A stretch of 28,355 nucleotides of DNA, taken from contig JAQGDQ010000916.1 of assembly GCA_030141605.1 (NCBI GenBank), forward strand, positions 1 through 28,355. The letters are read 5' to 3'. The notes beneath the pieces were generated by a model that was not told the origin of the DNA, did no database searches, and saw nothing but the letters and a program-made list of their open reading frames with translations. A program made the position numbers and the translations under genes. Positions within the stretch are counted from its first letter, which is position 1. Each line of letters starts with the position of its first letter. The stretch is from Tubiluchus corallicola. Lineage: Eukaryota; Animalia; Priapulida. This document shows, piece after piece, positions 11,451 through 22,406 of this stretch.

Positions 11451-11698
11451 TAAATAGATTAATCTATTAAAAATTAACGGTGACGCTTCAGATAACAAAA
11501 CAAATAAGAAAAAAATAATAATAAAAACAGTATAAATGATACAAATTATCCAAAAAGAACTGAAAACAAAAAATAATAAAGTTGGATACGAAAATCTAAA
11601 TAAAACAATACAATTATTCCGTAATTAGGATCAGTAATTAGGATTATTATATGTAGTAGTTTCAAATGGGGTAGTTATAGTATGTGTTTTATACTCAC

Positions 11699-11951
11699 CA
11701 GAAAATACAACAGTATGCAGTTCTTTTCCGCCTTGCTGTAGCTCCGCAGGAACGTAAGCCACGTGATCTTTTGCATTTGTCCAGCCGACTCGGAATAGTC
11801 CCACCCAATCATCAGTGGCCGGAGTCAAAACGGTGGCATATCTATAGCGACACTCGACGTCGTTGTTGACTGGATAGGTGTCGGCAAGATCGAACACCAC
11901 CTGTCCGTAGTCTGATTTTACCATTAGGTCACCGCTTGTGTCTTTCGACAT
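11699..11951 (-). CDS. TAX1BP1: First coding exon of a SKICH-domain protein (TAX1BP1/CALCOCO-like autophagy receptor), 84 codons + 1 nt
   Basis: QVVF...YP...DVECRY...DWVGLFRVGW...VVF is the N-terminal SKICH signature. Phase-1 donor TCTG|GTGAGT at 11699/11698 and acceptor tttctttgcag| at 11980/11979. Exact orthology is uncertain. Confidence 0.85.
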
Positions 11952-12422
11952 ATTTTATAGTTTTAGTTTCAAAATTTGTCTGCAAAGAAATCGAAATTCG
12001 CTCTTAAAACATCTATGTTCTCTGAAATTCAAACTTTTGTTTTAAAATTCAGAAAACTGCAGTCGATTTATTACAGTAAAGTGCATAAACGCTGGCAAAA
12101 GAAAAAATCAATAATAAAATTTTCAAATCCACACAAATATTAAGCCTGAAAAAATTGAGATAAAAAATTAGAGTTTTAATGAGAATATACGTATTATCAG
12201 AAGAAATATCATTTATGAAGATACTAAAAATTATTTTTGTCATTTAATTGGATTGACACGATATGTACATCATTGTAATGTATTATAATGCAACATCATA
12301 CAAGTTAATGTAAAACTATACAATAAACTATGCTGTTAGAGTCTAGTCTCCATTTTGTAAGGCTCCTTAGATACACACGTATACTACAGTACAGGCCAAT
12401 AAGCTACATCTACCTAACCTAC

Positions 12423-12590
12423 CTTGCAGCGTGCATACCTTTTTAATTCCAGTTTTGCTTCAAATTATGCAAAAACTAGGCAACTGTTAACGTACCGCCT
12501 TCCACCGGCATAAAATTTGCGATGATATTTTCTATCTAAATTGCGAAACGCGAGAGAACTTTGGAATGAATAAAGTAATGAATCACTTCA
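12423..12590 (-). other. Putative non-coding first exon of the SKICH gene
   Basis: Donor AAG|GTAGGT at 12423/12422, just downstream of the promoter motif cluster. The start position is only approximate. Confidence 0.4.
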
Positions 12591-12620
12591 TTTCGTGACC
12601 ATGACCAAAAATGTTTATGT

Positions 12621-12675
12621 TGACGTCATTGCGCCTGCGCAGTAACACTTTGATTCTTGCGCCCTCTATGATTGG
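12621..12675 (-). promoter_or_regulatory. Putative promoter of the SKICH gene: CRE, NRF1-like site, CCAAT box
   Basis: TGACGTCA at 12621-12628, TGCGCCTGCGCA at 12630-12641, ATTGG at 12671-12675. Confidence 0.6.
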
Positions 12676-13598
12676 TTGCTATTGAAAATAAACCTGGGAT
12701 GTGGAATGTGAAATGTTGGATGAAATTAAAATTGTGTTAATTTTTTTAGTCTAACACTTTAAATCAGTGGTGAAAGGGACAAGAAATGTACAAAACTATA
12801 GCTGCGTTATGATAGTGTAAAAGATTTCGAGGAATAGAAGCAGTGCTTATTCATTCTGGTACAGTATAATGGCATAGAGTCAATGGTATAACAGACTGTA
12901 CTGTAGTCTACACTACAGTACAGAATAAACTAGAATGCCCCTATTAAATGAGAGGAATATTAAATTAATTTTAAAAACAGATTTAATTAGAATCATATTG
13001 CTTATTTCCTGAAGTACTGTCTTTACTTTATTAATAATAATATACAGCCTATTCACGGTCATAATTTAAGTAACACAAAAATTGCGGCAAGTCTCTCTGA
13101 GGTACTATGGCAGTAATATCCCAGACTTCTTGATTCTATTTTAAAGTTTCAATCATTTACAGAATAATATGTGTCACGTAATCAACATCACATTATTGTT
13201 AGTATAACAATAGGAATGTAAATAATGCAACTAAATTACATTTCGCCCAAAGTTATCAAAGGAAGCTGGATAATGGAAAGATAGTCTCGCAAAGTTAAAG
13301 GAAAAAACCAACCCTTGGATAACATCAGTGTATTTTAATATACGCTTGAAAATATTGAAATTACCACATGTATAATATATGTGCATAAATTTAAATCAAA
13401 AGTATCTCCCGCAAAACGAATCTTGCTGCTGGCATATTTGAAAAAAATAATATAAGCTGGTTGATGGCACCCAAGTGCGCGGTGGAAACAAAAACTTCTG
13501 CGGTTCACTATGAAATATTGAACTATGAACTATAATTTTTTTTTCACACATCAAAATACAATATCATACACATTAATAAACTTTAAATAAAATGATTT

Positions 13599-14005
13599 TA
13601 GTGCGAGGTGAGTGTACGACCATACGGTCATTAACACACTCACCTTACTTAAATGAAAAAATGATTATAGTTATGCATGCTTCTGTAGATAAGTTAATGT
13701 AAGTAAGGATGAAGTAAATGATGTAATAATTTGAGTAGTGCGAGGTGAGTGTACGACCATACGGTCATTAACACACTCACCTCACTTAAATGAAAAAAAT
13801 GATTATAGTTATGCATGCTTCTGTAGATAACTTAATGTAATTAAGGATGAAGTAAATGATGTAATGATTTGAGTAGTGCGAGGTGAGTGTACGACCATAC
13901 GGTCATTAACACACTCACCTCACTTAAATGAAAAAAATGATTATAGTTATGCATGCTTCTGTAGATAACTTAATGTAATTAAGGATGAAGTAAATGATGT
14001 AATAA
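13599..14005 (-). repeat. ~138-bp tandem repeat x3 with internal hairpin
   Basis: Units start at ~13599, 13736 and 13875. Each has gaggtgagtgt-acgaccatacggtcattaac-acactcacct. Confidence 0.92.
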
Positions 14006-14429
14006 TAGCAATGGTTTAAGAGCAATAAACTTGAAAGTTGAGAAAGGAAAACATAATATCTAATTACGACTTTGAGTGAGCCTTAAAGAGTGAAATTTTT
14101 TTTTTAAATAGTTATGAATATGAATTATGTGATTATCTGGCAATGTATCACTTACTTGTATTACAATGCACCATATTGCTTACTTGTGTATACAATGATA
14201 TATATATTGTACTATTCACTCAGAAATGCCGCTATTCTAGCTGGTTAAATGAACGGCAATTAACTTTGTTTAGCCGTGAGATGAGTTTGCACTAACTTTA
14301 AAGCGTTTACTAAGCTTTAATTCACAGGATTATACCTCAGAATGCGTACTGCACAATACAGTTTCAGATAAGCATGGATTTCTGTGGGGTTTTGTGCATA
14401 CAGAAGCCGCTGGGCGGGTTTAGGTGTTT

Positions 14430-15750
14430 TAATAATAAGTTTATTTGGAAGTGTAAATGCAAATACAATATCAAGAAACACTGGGAAAAATAGATATTAA
14501 TAATAATGATTATATGACAGCATGCATATAATAAATGGCAAGAACCAGAAGAAAAACTTGTTAGGTGCTTGTGCCATTATAAACACGTCCAAATAATGAG
14601 AAAAAAGAACAAAAAAATGAAGGTTTTTAGGCAATTTAAAAAAAAGAGTTGTGCAAAGTAAGGATAGAAGTGATGGATGAAAGAATGTTCAAAAGGGTAG
14701 GAAGAGTTTCTTGTGGAGATTCCGGCTCATGAGATGACAAAGCACTCTGGATTCTACTCAAAAAGAACACAAAGTTTTGACTGTTGTGTCACGCAGGAAC
14801 AGTAGGTGGTTATCACAACTAGTTTATATAAGAAGCAAACAGATATCGTTTAACTGACGTTTTAAAGCGGTAAATGTTACACTGGTACTTTACATTGGCT
14901 GGTAGTGAGTTCCAAAGTTTAGGTCCACTGTTGTGTCACACAGGAACAGTAGGTGGTTATCAAGACTAGTTTATATAAGAAGCAAACAGATATCGTTTAA
15001 CTGACATTTTAAAGTGGTAAATGTTATACTGGTACTTTACATTGGGTGGTAGTGAGTTCCAAAGTTTAGGTCCACTGTTGTGTCACACAGGAACAGTAGG
15101 TGGTTATCAAGACTAGTTTATATAAGAAGCAAACAGATATCGTTTAACTGACATTTTAAAGTGGTAAATGTTACACTGGCACTTTACATTGGCTGGTAGT
15201 GAGTTCTAAAGTTTAGGTCCACTGTTGTGTCACACAGGAACAGTAGGTGGTTATCAAGACTAGTTTATATAAGAAGCAAACAGATATAGTTTAACTGACG
15301 TTTTAAAGCGGTAAATGTTACACTGGTACTTTACATTGGCTGGTAGTGAGTTCCAAAGTTTAGGTCCACTGTTGTGTCACACAGGAACAGTAGGTGGTTA
15401 TCAAGACTAGTTTATATAAGAAGCAAACAGATAACGTTTAACTGACGTTTTAAAGCAGTAAATGTTACACTGGTACTTTACATTGGGTGGTAGCGAGTTC
15501 CAAAGTTTAGGTCACCTATGGCTAATGAAATGTTTTGCAATGTTGGTTCTGCAGAAACTGAGTTGGTAATCGTTATAGCGAGTATTATGTGATTTGACAT
15601 TCGTAATTACAGGATTCTTGAAATATGTAGGGAATAGGCCATTGTTAGTCTTGGCTTACAGACTTCAGATTCTGCTTGTTATACTGATTACTTTCTTACT
15701 TTGTCGATGTTAAGTAGGCAAGTCAGAGATTATTATCTTATCATCAGATA
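14430..15750 (-). mobile_element. Degenerate CR1/L2-type LINE 3' portion
   Basis: The minus strand encodes QSKKVISIT ... HNTRYNDYQLSFCRTNIAKHFISHR*PKLWNSLPPNVK...FKTSVKRYL, typical of an ORF2 C-terminus. The 3' UTR ends aataaacttattatta at ~14430-14445. Confidence 0.75.
14781..15513. repeat. 147-bp tandem repeat x5 inside the LINE 3' end
   Basis: Units start at 14781, 14928, 15075, 15222 and 15369. Confidence 0.95.
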
Positions 15751-16243
15751 CAGGGATGAGAATTTTCCGTGGATACGGGGAATTCCGAGTTTTTGGAAGA
15801 CCAGTAGTACCATTTTTGTAAATCTCGTAAATTCGTTGAGAAAATTTTTACAGACCCAGTAGATTATTTCACAGGCTGACCTCTAGGTGGCAGGCCGTCA
15901 CTTTGTTTACATCACGTACATCAGTGTAACCACGCGTATATCTCTATGTATAAAAATATAGAATCAATTGTGTGGAGTTTTTGAGTCAATTGCAGACAGT
16001 TTTTATATACTTTTGCATAGGAGCGGCCAGTACTTAGGCGTTTTTGATACAATTAGGTATCATGTATCCTTGATAGTTGGGTATTTTAAATTATTCATGA
16101 AACAAGGTAACTGATATTTTACGTCCACTTAGAGGCTCTCTATGGTCACAAAATTGCAATCCTCAACCCCGTTGGGGGCCTAGGCGGCCCCAAAACCCCC
16201 GGCCTGTTTCAGAGTTTTTTGCAATTTGTCATTCTCCTCCCTG
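15751..16243. mobile_element. MITE with hAT-like terminal inverted repeats
   Basis: CAGGGATGAGAAT ... ATTCTCCTCCCTG (12/13 match). No clean 8-bp TSD. Confidence 0.6.
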
Positions 16244-16686
16244 CAAATAGGCTGACCAAGTTGTAAAAGTGATTTTCCAGGGATGGGGTGTAAGTGAGAG
16301 ATTCTCTCGGTGGGTCGGCAGTGTGGGGAAGCCGGCCGGCGACTTAGAAAATTTTAATACTTTGTAAGCCCACTTTAAAATTCCACAGATAAATGAATTT
16401 TTGCCGGATTTGTATGTAAATTTAGGAGGGCGAATTAGGAACTCTTTACCCCTGATTCTTTGATTTTGCTGTTGAAAATTATGTTAGTTTGTGATGCCAT
16501 CAGTGGTTGGGCTCACCCGCCGTTAATTAAGATTTTAATGTGATATTTAATTGTCAGAAATGCGTTTGCAGTATTAATTGTGTTAAAATAGGTACTGTTT
16601 ATTGGACTTGAAAATGGGTTAGTATATGAAAAATCATCCTGTCTTCGTTTAATACATTTTTATTTACACATACATGAGTTTGACAG

Positions 16687-18276
16687 TTATTCATCTTTAG
16701 AAAGTCCACATGGTCTCTTAAATTCCTGACCACCTTCGTGCATCCACTTGTTGAGAATCCACTTGGATCCGAGCAGGATGGGACACGAGGCATGCAACGT
16801 TTTTGCTAAACCACATCCGGATTTGCTCATGTTGTACCAGAAGATTGCCGCTTTTTCAATTGGCGCTACCTTTAGTTTAACTTCGGGAAAGACCGTTTCG
16901 CCACCTGCTGTCACGTTGTTCAAGTAAAACATGAATGTAGCAACTCTCTCTCGCTCGCCCGTTTGAATTGTCGCACCGTCACAGTCTTCTACATGACGGT
17001 GATCGAGGTGCGGTGCAAAATGTCCGCCTACTCCGTAGTTACACGCTTGCAACTGCTCCGCCGTTTCCATATCCAATCCGGTGATGTGACGAACGCGATC
17101 GTTTAGCCTAATTGATACGGGTTCGTCATCGCTTAACCGAGCGGTTTTGCTTACTCTGGATGAGACTGGAGCATATAAGTTACCTAGTCCTGATCTAGCT
17201 CTCTTGAGTTTGGGCGTGGCAAGTTCTTTCACGGCTTCGATTTCGTTCCCGGTTATCACATCGTGGTAAATTGCCAGGAAGAATGGTTTCTTCTGCATCA
17301 CTTCTTCCTTTACTGGCTGTAGTTGTAACCACCGACTGCCTTTGTTTGTTAAATAACATTTGTGGATGCTTGCCGATATGGGACGCTCATATATGGATCT
17401 ATGAAACTCCCCCCGGCACCAACTTTCATACTGTCGAAGAGTGGAAACATCGGTAATTTCGCTGTCGTCCAGTGGATTTCTGGTTTTTTGCATGTCCCGA
17501 CTTCTGGGATCAACTGTTGTAAGAACTGGATCAGTTACGTCATCTGTTCCATCATTCATTTTCTTAGACTTGCTTTTCATATTTGGGTATAATACTGAAA
17601 GGCAGTCTATGAGCTTCGCTTCCACTTCAGCCCGTGGGAAGTCTGAGTGCTCTTTGCCGTTCCTTTCCTGGAGGAAGCGTGCTTCCCGAAGCCAAGCAAC
17701 AGTGAGATCAGTATCTTCGTTTTGACAGGCCACTAGTCCAATCTCGTAGCAGTCTCTTGCGGACAGTTGCACCCCTGTCTGTACTCCGTCAATAATTCCT
17801 TGTGACAGATTGCGTACGTCAAGCGAGTACGTTTGTTGCAATCGAAATAATGCATTTATTGTTCCTTGGTAGTCAGTTTCACCTGGTAACATTGCGATTA
17901 GCTTCTGTAGTTCATTGATCATCTCACCCACGTTGTCTTCGTTCATTACAGTTTCCAGCTTTTTTGATATCCCATGCACCTTCCGCAGGAGCAAGTACGC
18001 ACTGATGGGATCGGAAATTACATTATCCATTCCCGCTTCGGTTCTTTTCACGTGTTCCGGAGTTTTTAAATGGACAATCGAATCCGAATTCAAGTAGTCC
18101 GCGAACTCTTTTAGCCGTTTCAGTTTCAGTGATTTGGCCGCTACGTATTCTTCCAGCTTATCAAGAATCCCGGATTCTGCGGCTATCATGGCTTCCACGT
18201 GAGCCGTGGAACTAAATATGTCGGCTTTTACTCCGGACAAAAATGCGAGAAATATCAGTACTTTCGCGGTACCCAT
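16687..18276 (-). CDS. P4HA: Prolyl 4-hydroxylase alpha subunit-like, 529 aa, single coding exon
   Basis: Signal peptide, then DIFSS N-domain, ALFRLQQTY, YESWCRG and YHDVI motifs. Fe ligands H423-x-D425 (PHLD) and H495 (LHASCP), 2-OG lysine K505 (SKW), C-terminal GQEFKRPC. AATAAA at 16659-16664(-). Confidence 0.96.
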   Translation of the reverse strand: MGTAKVLIFLAFLSGVKADIFSSTAHVEAMIAAESGILDKLEEYVAAKSLKLKRLKEFADYLNSDSIVHLKTPEHVKRTEAGMDNVISDPISAYLLLRKVHGISKKLETVMNEDNVGEMINELQKLIAMLPGETDYQGTINALFRLQQTYSLDVRNLSQGIIDGVQTGVQLSARDCYEIGLVACQNEDTDLTVAWLREARFLQERNGKEHSDFPRAEVEAKLIDCLSVLYPNMKSKSKKMNDGTDDVTDPVLTTVDPRSRDMQKTRNPLDDSEITDVSTLRQYESWCRGEFHRSIYERPISASIHKCYLTNKGSRWLQLQPVKEEVMQKKPFFLAIYHDVITGNEIEAVKELATPKLKRARSGLGNLYAPVSSRVSKTARLSDDEPVSIRLNDRVRHITGLDMETAEQLQACNYGVGGHFAPHLDHRHVEDCDGATIQTGERERVATFMFYLNNVTAGGETVFPEVKLKVAPIEKAAIFWYNMSKSGCGLAKTLHASCPILLGSKWILNKWMHEGGQEFKRPCGLSKDE

Positions 18277-18300
18277 GTTCTTCTACTTTCTTCACAAGTT

Positions 18301-18741
18301 TAACTGTCCCTTTTCCGAAAATTGCCAGCTAATCACAGTCTACCAACTACACATACAGCTGTTGAGATTAGCTGAGGAAGTATATGAACTGAATAATTTT
18401 ATTTGCCACACTAACAAAAGAAAAATGTATACACTTGATTACACATATACTGTCTTAGTTACTTCATGGGCATAACTATGTCCCTTTTACAAAAATTGCC
18501 AGCTAATCACAGTCTACCAACTCCACATACAGCTGTTGATTAGCCGAGGAAGTATATGAACTGAATAATTTTANNNNNNNNNNNNNNNNNNNNNNNNNNN
18601 NNNNNNNNNNNNNNNNNNNNNNNNNNNNNNNNNNNNNNNNNNNNNNNNNNNNNNNATGAACTGAATAATTTTATTTGCCACACTAACAAAAGAAAAACCT
18701 ATACACTTGATTACACAAATACTGTCTTAGTTTCTTCATGG
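18301..18741. repeat. ~175-bp tandem duplication immediately upstream of P4HA, spanning the gap
   Basis: tgtccctttt..aaaattgccagctaatcacagtctacc occurs at ~18305 and ~18479. The copies differ by several substitutions. Confidence 0.85.
18574..18655. other. Assembly gap (N run)
   Basis: Run of N; atgaactgaataatttta is present on both sides. Confidence 1.
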
Positions 18742-18962
18742 ACTTCATAAGACTATGTGTAGCCTTACAGAGTTGCTTAATTATACCTGTGATTTTTTGT
18801 TTGGGTGATTAGCTGGGACCTTACAGCCTCAGGTCATGTCAGGATGAGTCAGTGACACTGGGTCGTTAACCAGTAGCTTAGGCTAGAAGTGGTAATGAAG
18901 TTCAGGTCATTGAGATTGCTGCTTACAAGTTAACGTTAATGTTACTGTGAATTTTTTGACAG

Positions 18963-19180
18963 CTACATCAAAATGGAATTTATTGCCAACCGTTCATTAT
19001 CAAGGCATCTAAAACAAAGAAATTTACTAGAATTTAGAAGCAACATCGAAATACAATTCAATAGTTAGATAGCCAAAAGATATATGATATATGTTATATA
19101 GATAATTTAACAATTTACCTTACACATTACATATCTTGATTGGTATGAAACTATGCTACATTGCACAAACAAACGAAAAA

Positions 19181-19249
<69 letters not shown>

Positions 19250-19784
19250 TGAGTGAGTGTGTGAATGTGTGTGTGTGCATGTGTGAGTGAGTGAGAGTGT
19301 GTGTGTGTGTATAGATAATTTAACAATTTACCTTACACATTACACAATTACACATTACACAATCTTGATTGGTATGAAAGTATGCTACATTGCACAAACA
19401 AACAAACGTGTGTGCGTGTGCATGCGGTGTGTGCGTGTGTGCGTGTGCGCATGCGTGTGTAGTGTGTGTGTGCATGTGCATGCGTGTGTAGTGTGCGTGT
19501 GTGTGTGCATGTGTGTGTCAGCTTGCGTGTGTGTGTGTGTGTGTGCATGCGCATGCGTGTGTAGTGTGTGTGTGTGTGTGTGTGTAGTGTGTGTGTGTGT
19601 GTGTGGGTGTGTTAGTATTAATAGAACTATCAATATGAGGGAGCTGATAATTTTTTGGCTATCTAACTACTGAATTGTATTTCGATGTTGTTTCTAGATT
19701 CCAGTAAATGTCTTTCTTTTAGATGCCCTGACAATGAACAGTTTTGTCGCAAACCGATCGGCGGTAAATTCCATTTTGATGTAG
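18963..19784. repeat. ~120-bp inverted repeat pair enclosing (TG)n-rich sequence (foldback/MITE-like)
   Basis: 18963-19078 (ctacatcaaaatggaattta...tagttagatagccaaaa) is complementary to 19654-19784. Confidence 0.8.
19182..19610. repeat. (TG)n microsatellites with an internal ~80-bp direct duplication
   Basis: atagataatttaacaatttaccttacacattac occurs at ~19098 and 19311. Confidence 0.9.
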
Positions 19785-20709
19785 TCACGCCTATTTGCCA
19801 AATATGGATGATTCAATTCTCAACAGCTGATAACGCTTTTCGTTAGAAATCGCGTTTTATGCTTTTTTTTTCAGTTGGCTAAATGTTTAGTTGTTAGTTG
19901 ATCAAGACTATGGTTGATTTAGCAGTACTTACTGACATTAACAATAGAGTAACAACATGTCAACATGTTTCCATATTAAAAAAAACAAAAGAAAAATAAA
20001 ATTAGCAGCAAGTTTTGATGTATGAGTATGAAAAAATATAATACTATTGGTGTCAAGCAATTTAATCTAGCATTCTATAATTATTTGTTTTTTTTTCGTA
20101 TTTTTACAAACATGCATTTCCTGAAAGTGCTTAAAACGAAGCCAGCCTTAGTCATGTGACTTAAGCTTTAGTAGTATACGCCACCTATCAATCACAGTTG
20201 TTCTTACACGTAGTTAGATTTTCTGTTGCCGCTATGCTGATCATGCCGTTTGGTGATACTTGCATTGCTTTGTCTATTTTGTTGCAATTTAACAGTCACC
20301 AGTTGTATCTTCAAGCCAAAGTGGTCACCAGTAAATGTAAGTCGCCATCTACTTTAATAATTAGTTAATAGTTTAAATTGGTTAGAATTGCTTCACATCT
20401 CTAGAATCGTGTAGTAATAATTTGTATTTCAGTCTTCTTAAATCTAGCTTTTCATTTTGTATAAATAATAATCACCTTCAGCACATTCTTAAGCACTTTT
20501 TGTGATCTGTTATTTTAATAAATTGCAGGTCTATCGCGCAGTTCAATATTGATTTTTGCCATTTCTTTGCCTGGACTGGGCGCATCCACAAATACAAATG
20601 ATTATAAATTGGGCATTTTTAAGGTTGCTCATTTGAAACGGACAGTGAAGGAACCAGTTTCTAAATTTTGTTTAAATTTGCAAATGAGTATTAAAGGAAT
20701 TAGTGTTAT

Positions 20710-21415
20710 TGTGCTGTTACTGTGCTACTGTGTAGATATTGTGCTGTTATTGTACTACTGTGTAGATATTGTGCTCTTATTGTGCTGTTACTGTGCTACT
20801 GTGTAGATATTGTGCTCTTATTGTGCTGTTACTGTGCTATACTGTGTAGATATTGTGCTGTTACTGTGCTGTTACTGTGCTACTGTGTAGATATTGTGCT
20901 CTTATTGTGCTGTTACTGTGCTATACTGTGTAGATATTGTGCTCTTATTGTGCTGTTACTGTGCTACTGTGTAGATATTGTGCTGTTACTGTGTAGACAT
21001 TGTGCTGTTACTGTGCTACTGTGTAGATATTGTGCTCTTATTGTGCCGTTATTGTGCGACTGTGTAGATATTGTGCTCTTATTGTGCTGTTACAGTGCTA
21101 CTGTGTAGATATTGTGCTCTTTTTGTGCCGTTATTGTGCTACTGTGTAGATATTGTGCTGTTACTGTGCTACTGTGTAGACATTGTGCTCTTATTGTGCT
21201 GTTACTGTGCTACTGTGTAGATATTGTGCTGTTACTGTGCTGCTGTGTAGATATTGTGCTCTTATTGTGCCGTTATTGTGCGACTGTGTAGATATTGTGC
21301 TCTTATTGTGCTGTTACAGTGCTATTGTGTAGATATTGTGCTCTTATTGTGCCGTTATTGTGCTACTGTGTAGATATTGTGCTGTTACTGTGCTACTGTG
21401 TAGATATTGTGCTCT
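20710..21415. repeat. Compound minisatellite built from tgtgctgttac / tgtgctac / tgtgtagatat / tgtgctcttat subunits
   Basis: Directly visible. Confidence 0.95.
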
Positions 21416-21719
21416 AAATTTAAAATTTCTCTTAGCCAATTGATGCAGCATTTTTAAACACATCAAAATCAAGAATTATTTTAAATTCCAACAATTTTGT
21501 GGCAAATCTGACGAGACAATCAATAATCAATAATCAATACACTGTAACATGTATTGGCTCAAGTACCATTCTGTACCTATTCACTTGTACTACAAATTTA
21601 GAATGCTCAAGGGTCTTACCACGAAAATTTTTGCTTTTCATCTTCAAATTGGATAAAAAGAGCGGAATTACTTCTACACATTTTAGACAATGTCAGATGC
21701 TACTAACAGGATTGTGTGA

Positions 21720-22195
21720 TTAATTTAAATTTAAAAAGAAATACAGAGCAATGATTCTTAACAAGTACAACACTTTTTAATTTCCCATACCTACTGCAGC
21801 AGTCATACCACAATCCTGGTACAGATTATGCAAAACAAGGCATCATTGATAAACCTTTAGAGCTGATGTCAACATCGCACAATCTATTATCTTTCTTCCT
21901 ACCATTTCCACTAACACATCCTTCTACCCTTCCTGTGTGATCTAACCTTTCTCCCAGTTCTTTTTTTGTTCACTCATCCATTCTTTTTTTATCGGGTTCA
22001 CATGACAGTGGGCTTATACAAGCCTTTGCTTCTCTAACCCACTGCAGTACAATTATTCTTTTATGATAACGTTAGTGTATGAAACATAAGAATTTAATAC
22101 AGTGTGATGTAATAATTTTGAAGTCACTGTGTGCTTAATGTCATTATATTGTACTGAATGTGATAATAATAAACTAAACTAAAACTAAACTAATT
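21720..22195 (+). mobile_element. CR1/L2-type LINE 3' end
   Basis: FKKKYRAMILNKY-like ORF end at ~21730-21768, stem-loop cagtgggcttatacaagcctttgcttctctaacccactg, then aataaa followed by a (CTAAA)n tail. Confidence 0.55.
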
Positions 22196-22367
22196 TAAGT
22201 GGATGTATATGTATATGTATATGTATAAAACCAATAACAGTTTATTTCCAACTTTTTTTGATAAATGTAAAAAGATACAATACCAGACATAATGAATAGA
22301 TACCACGACGTTGTAGAACAAATGAGCTAAAACGTTTCATTCGCTATATGGGACCAGTAAAAATTTA

Positions 22368-22406
22368 CCACTGATGATGACAGCAGTAGCTCTGCCGAAA
22401 CGTTTG
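22368..22406 (+). ncRNA. Minimal Penelope-type hammerhead ribozyme motif (probably degenerate)
   Basis: ca-CTGATGA-tgacagcagtagctctgcc-GAAA-cgtt-tg. Confidence 0.55.

Noticed and set aside
11631-11698. C-terminal 22 codons of ORF 11631..11951
   Set aside because: They lie past a consensus GTGAGT donor and lack SKICH similarity, so this is intron read-through.
12896-12923. 11-bp perfect hairpin ctgtactgtag/ctacagtacag
   Set aside because: Isolated and short, with no supporting context.
13607-13650. Hammerhead ribozyme in the 138-bp repeat (minus strand ttaatga-ccgtatggt-cgtac)
   Set aside because: The core deviates from CUGAnGA and GAAA in all three copies.
17271-18475. Plus-strand ORFs overlapping P4HA
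   Set aside because: Antisense shadow frames of a real coding sequence.
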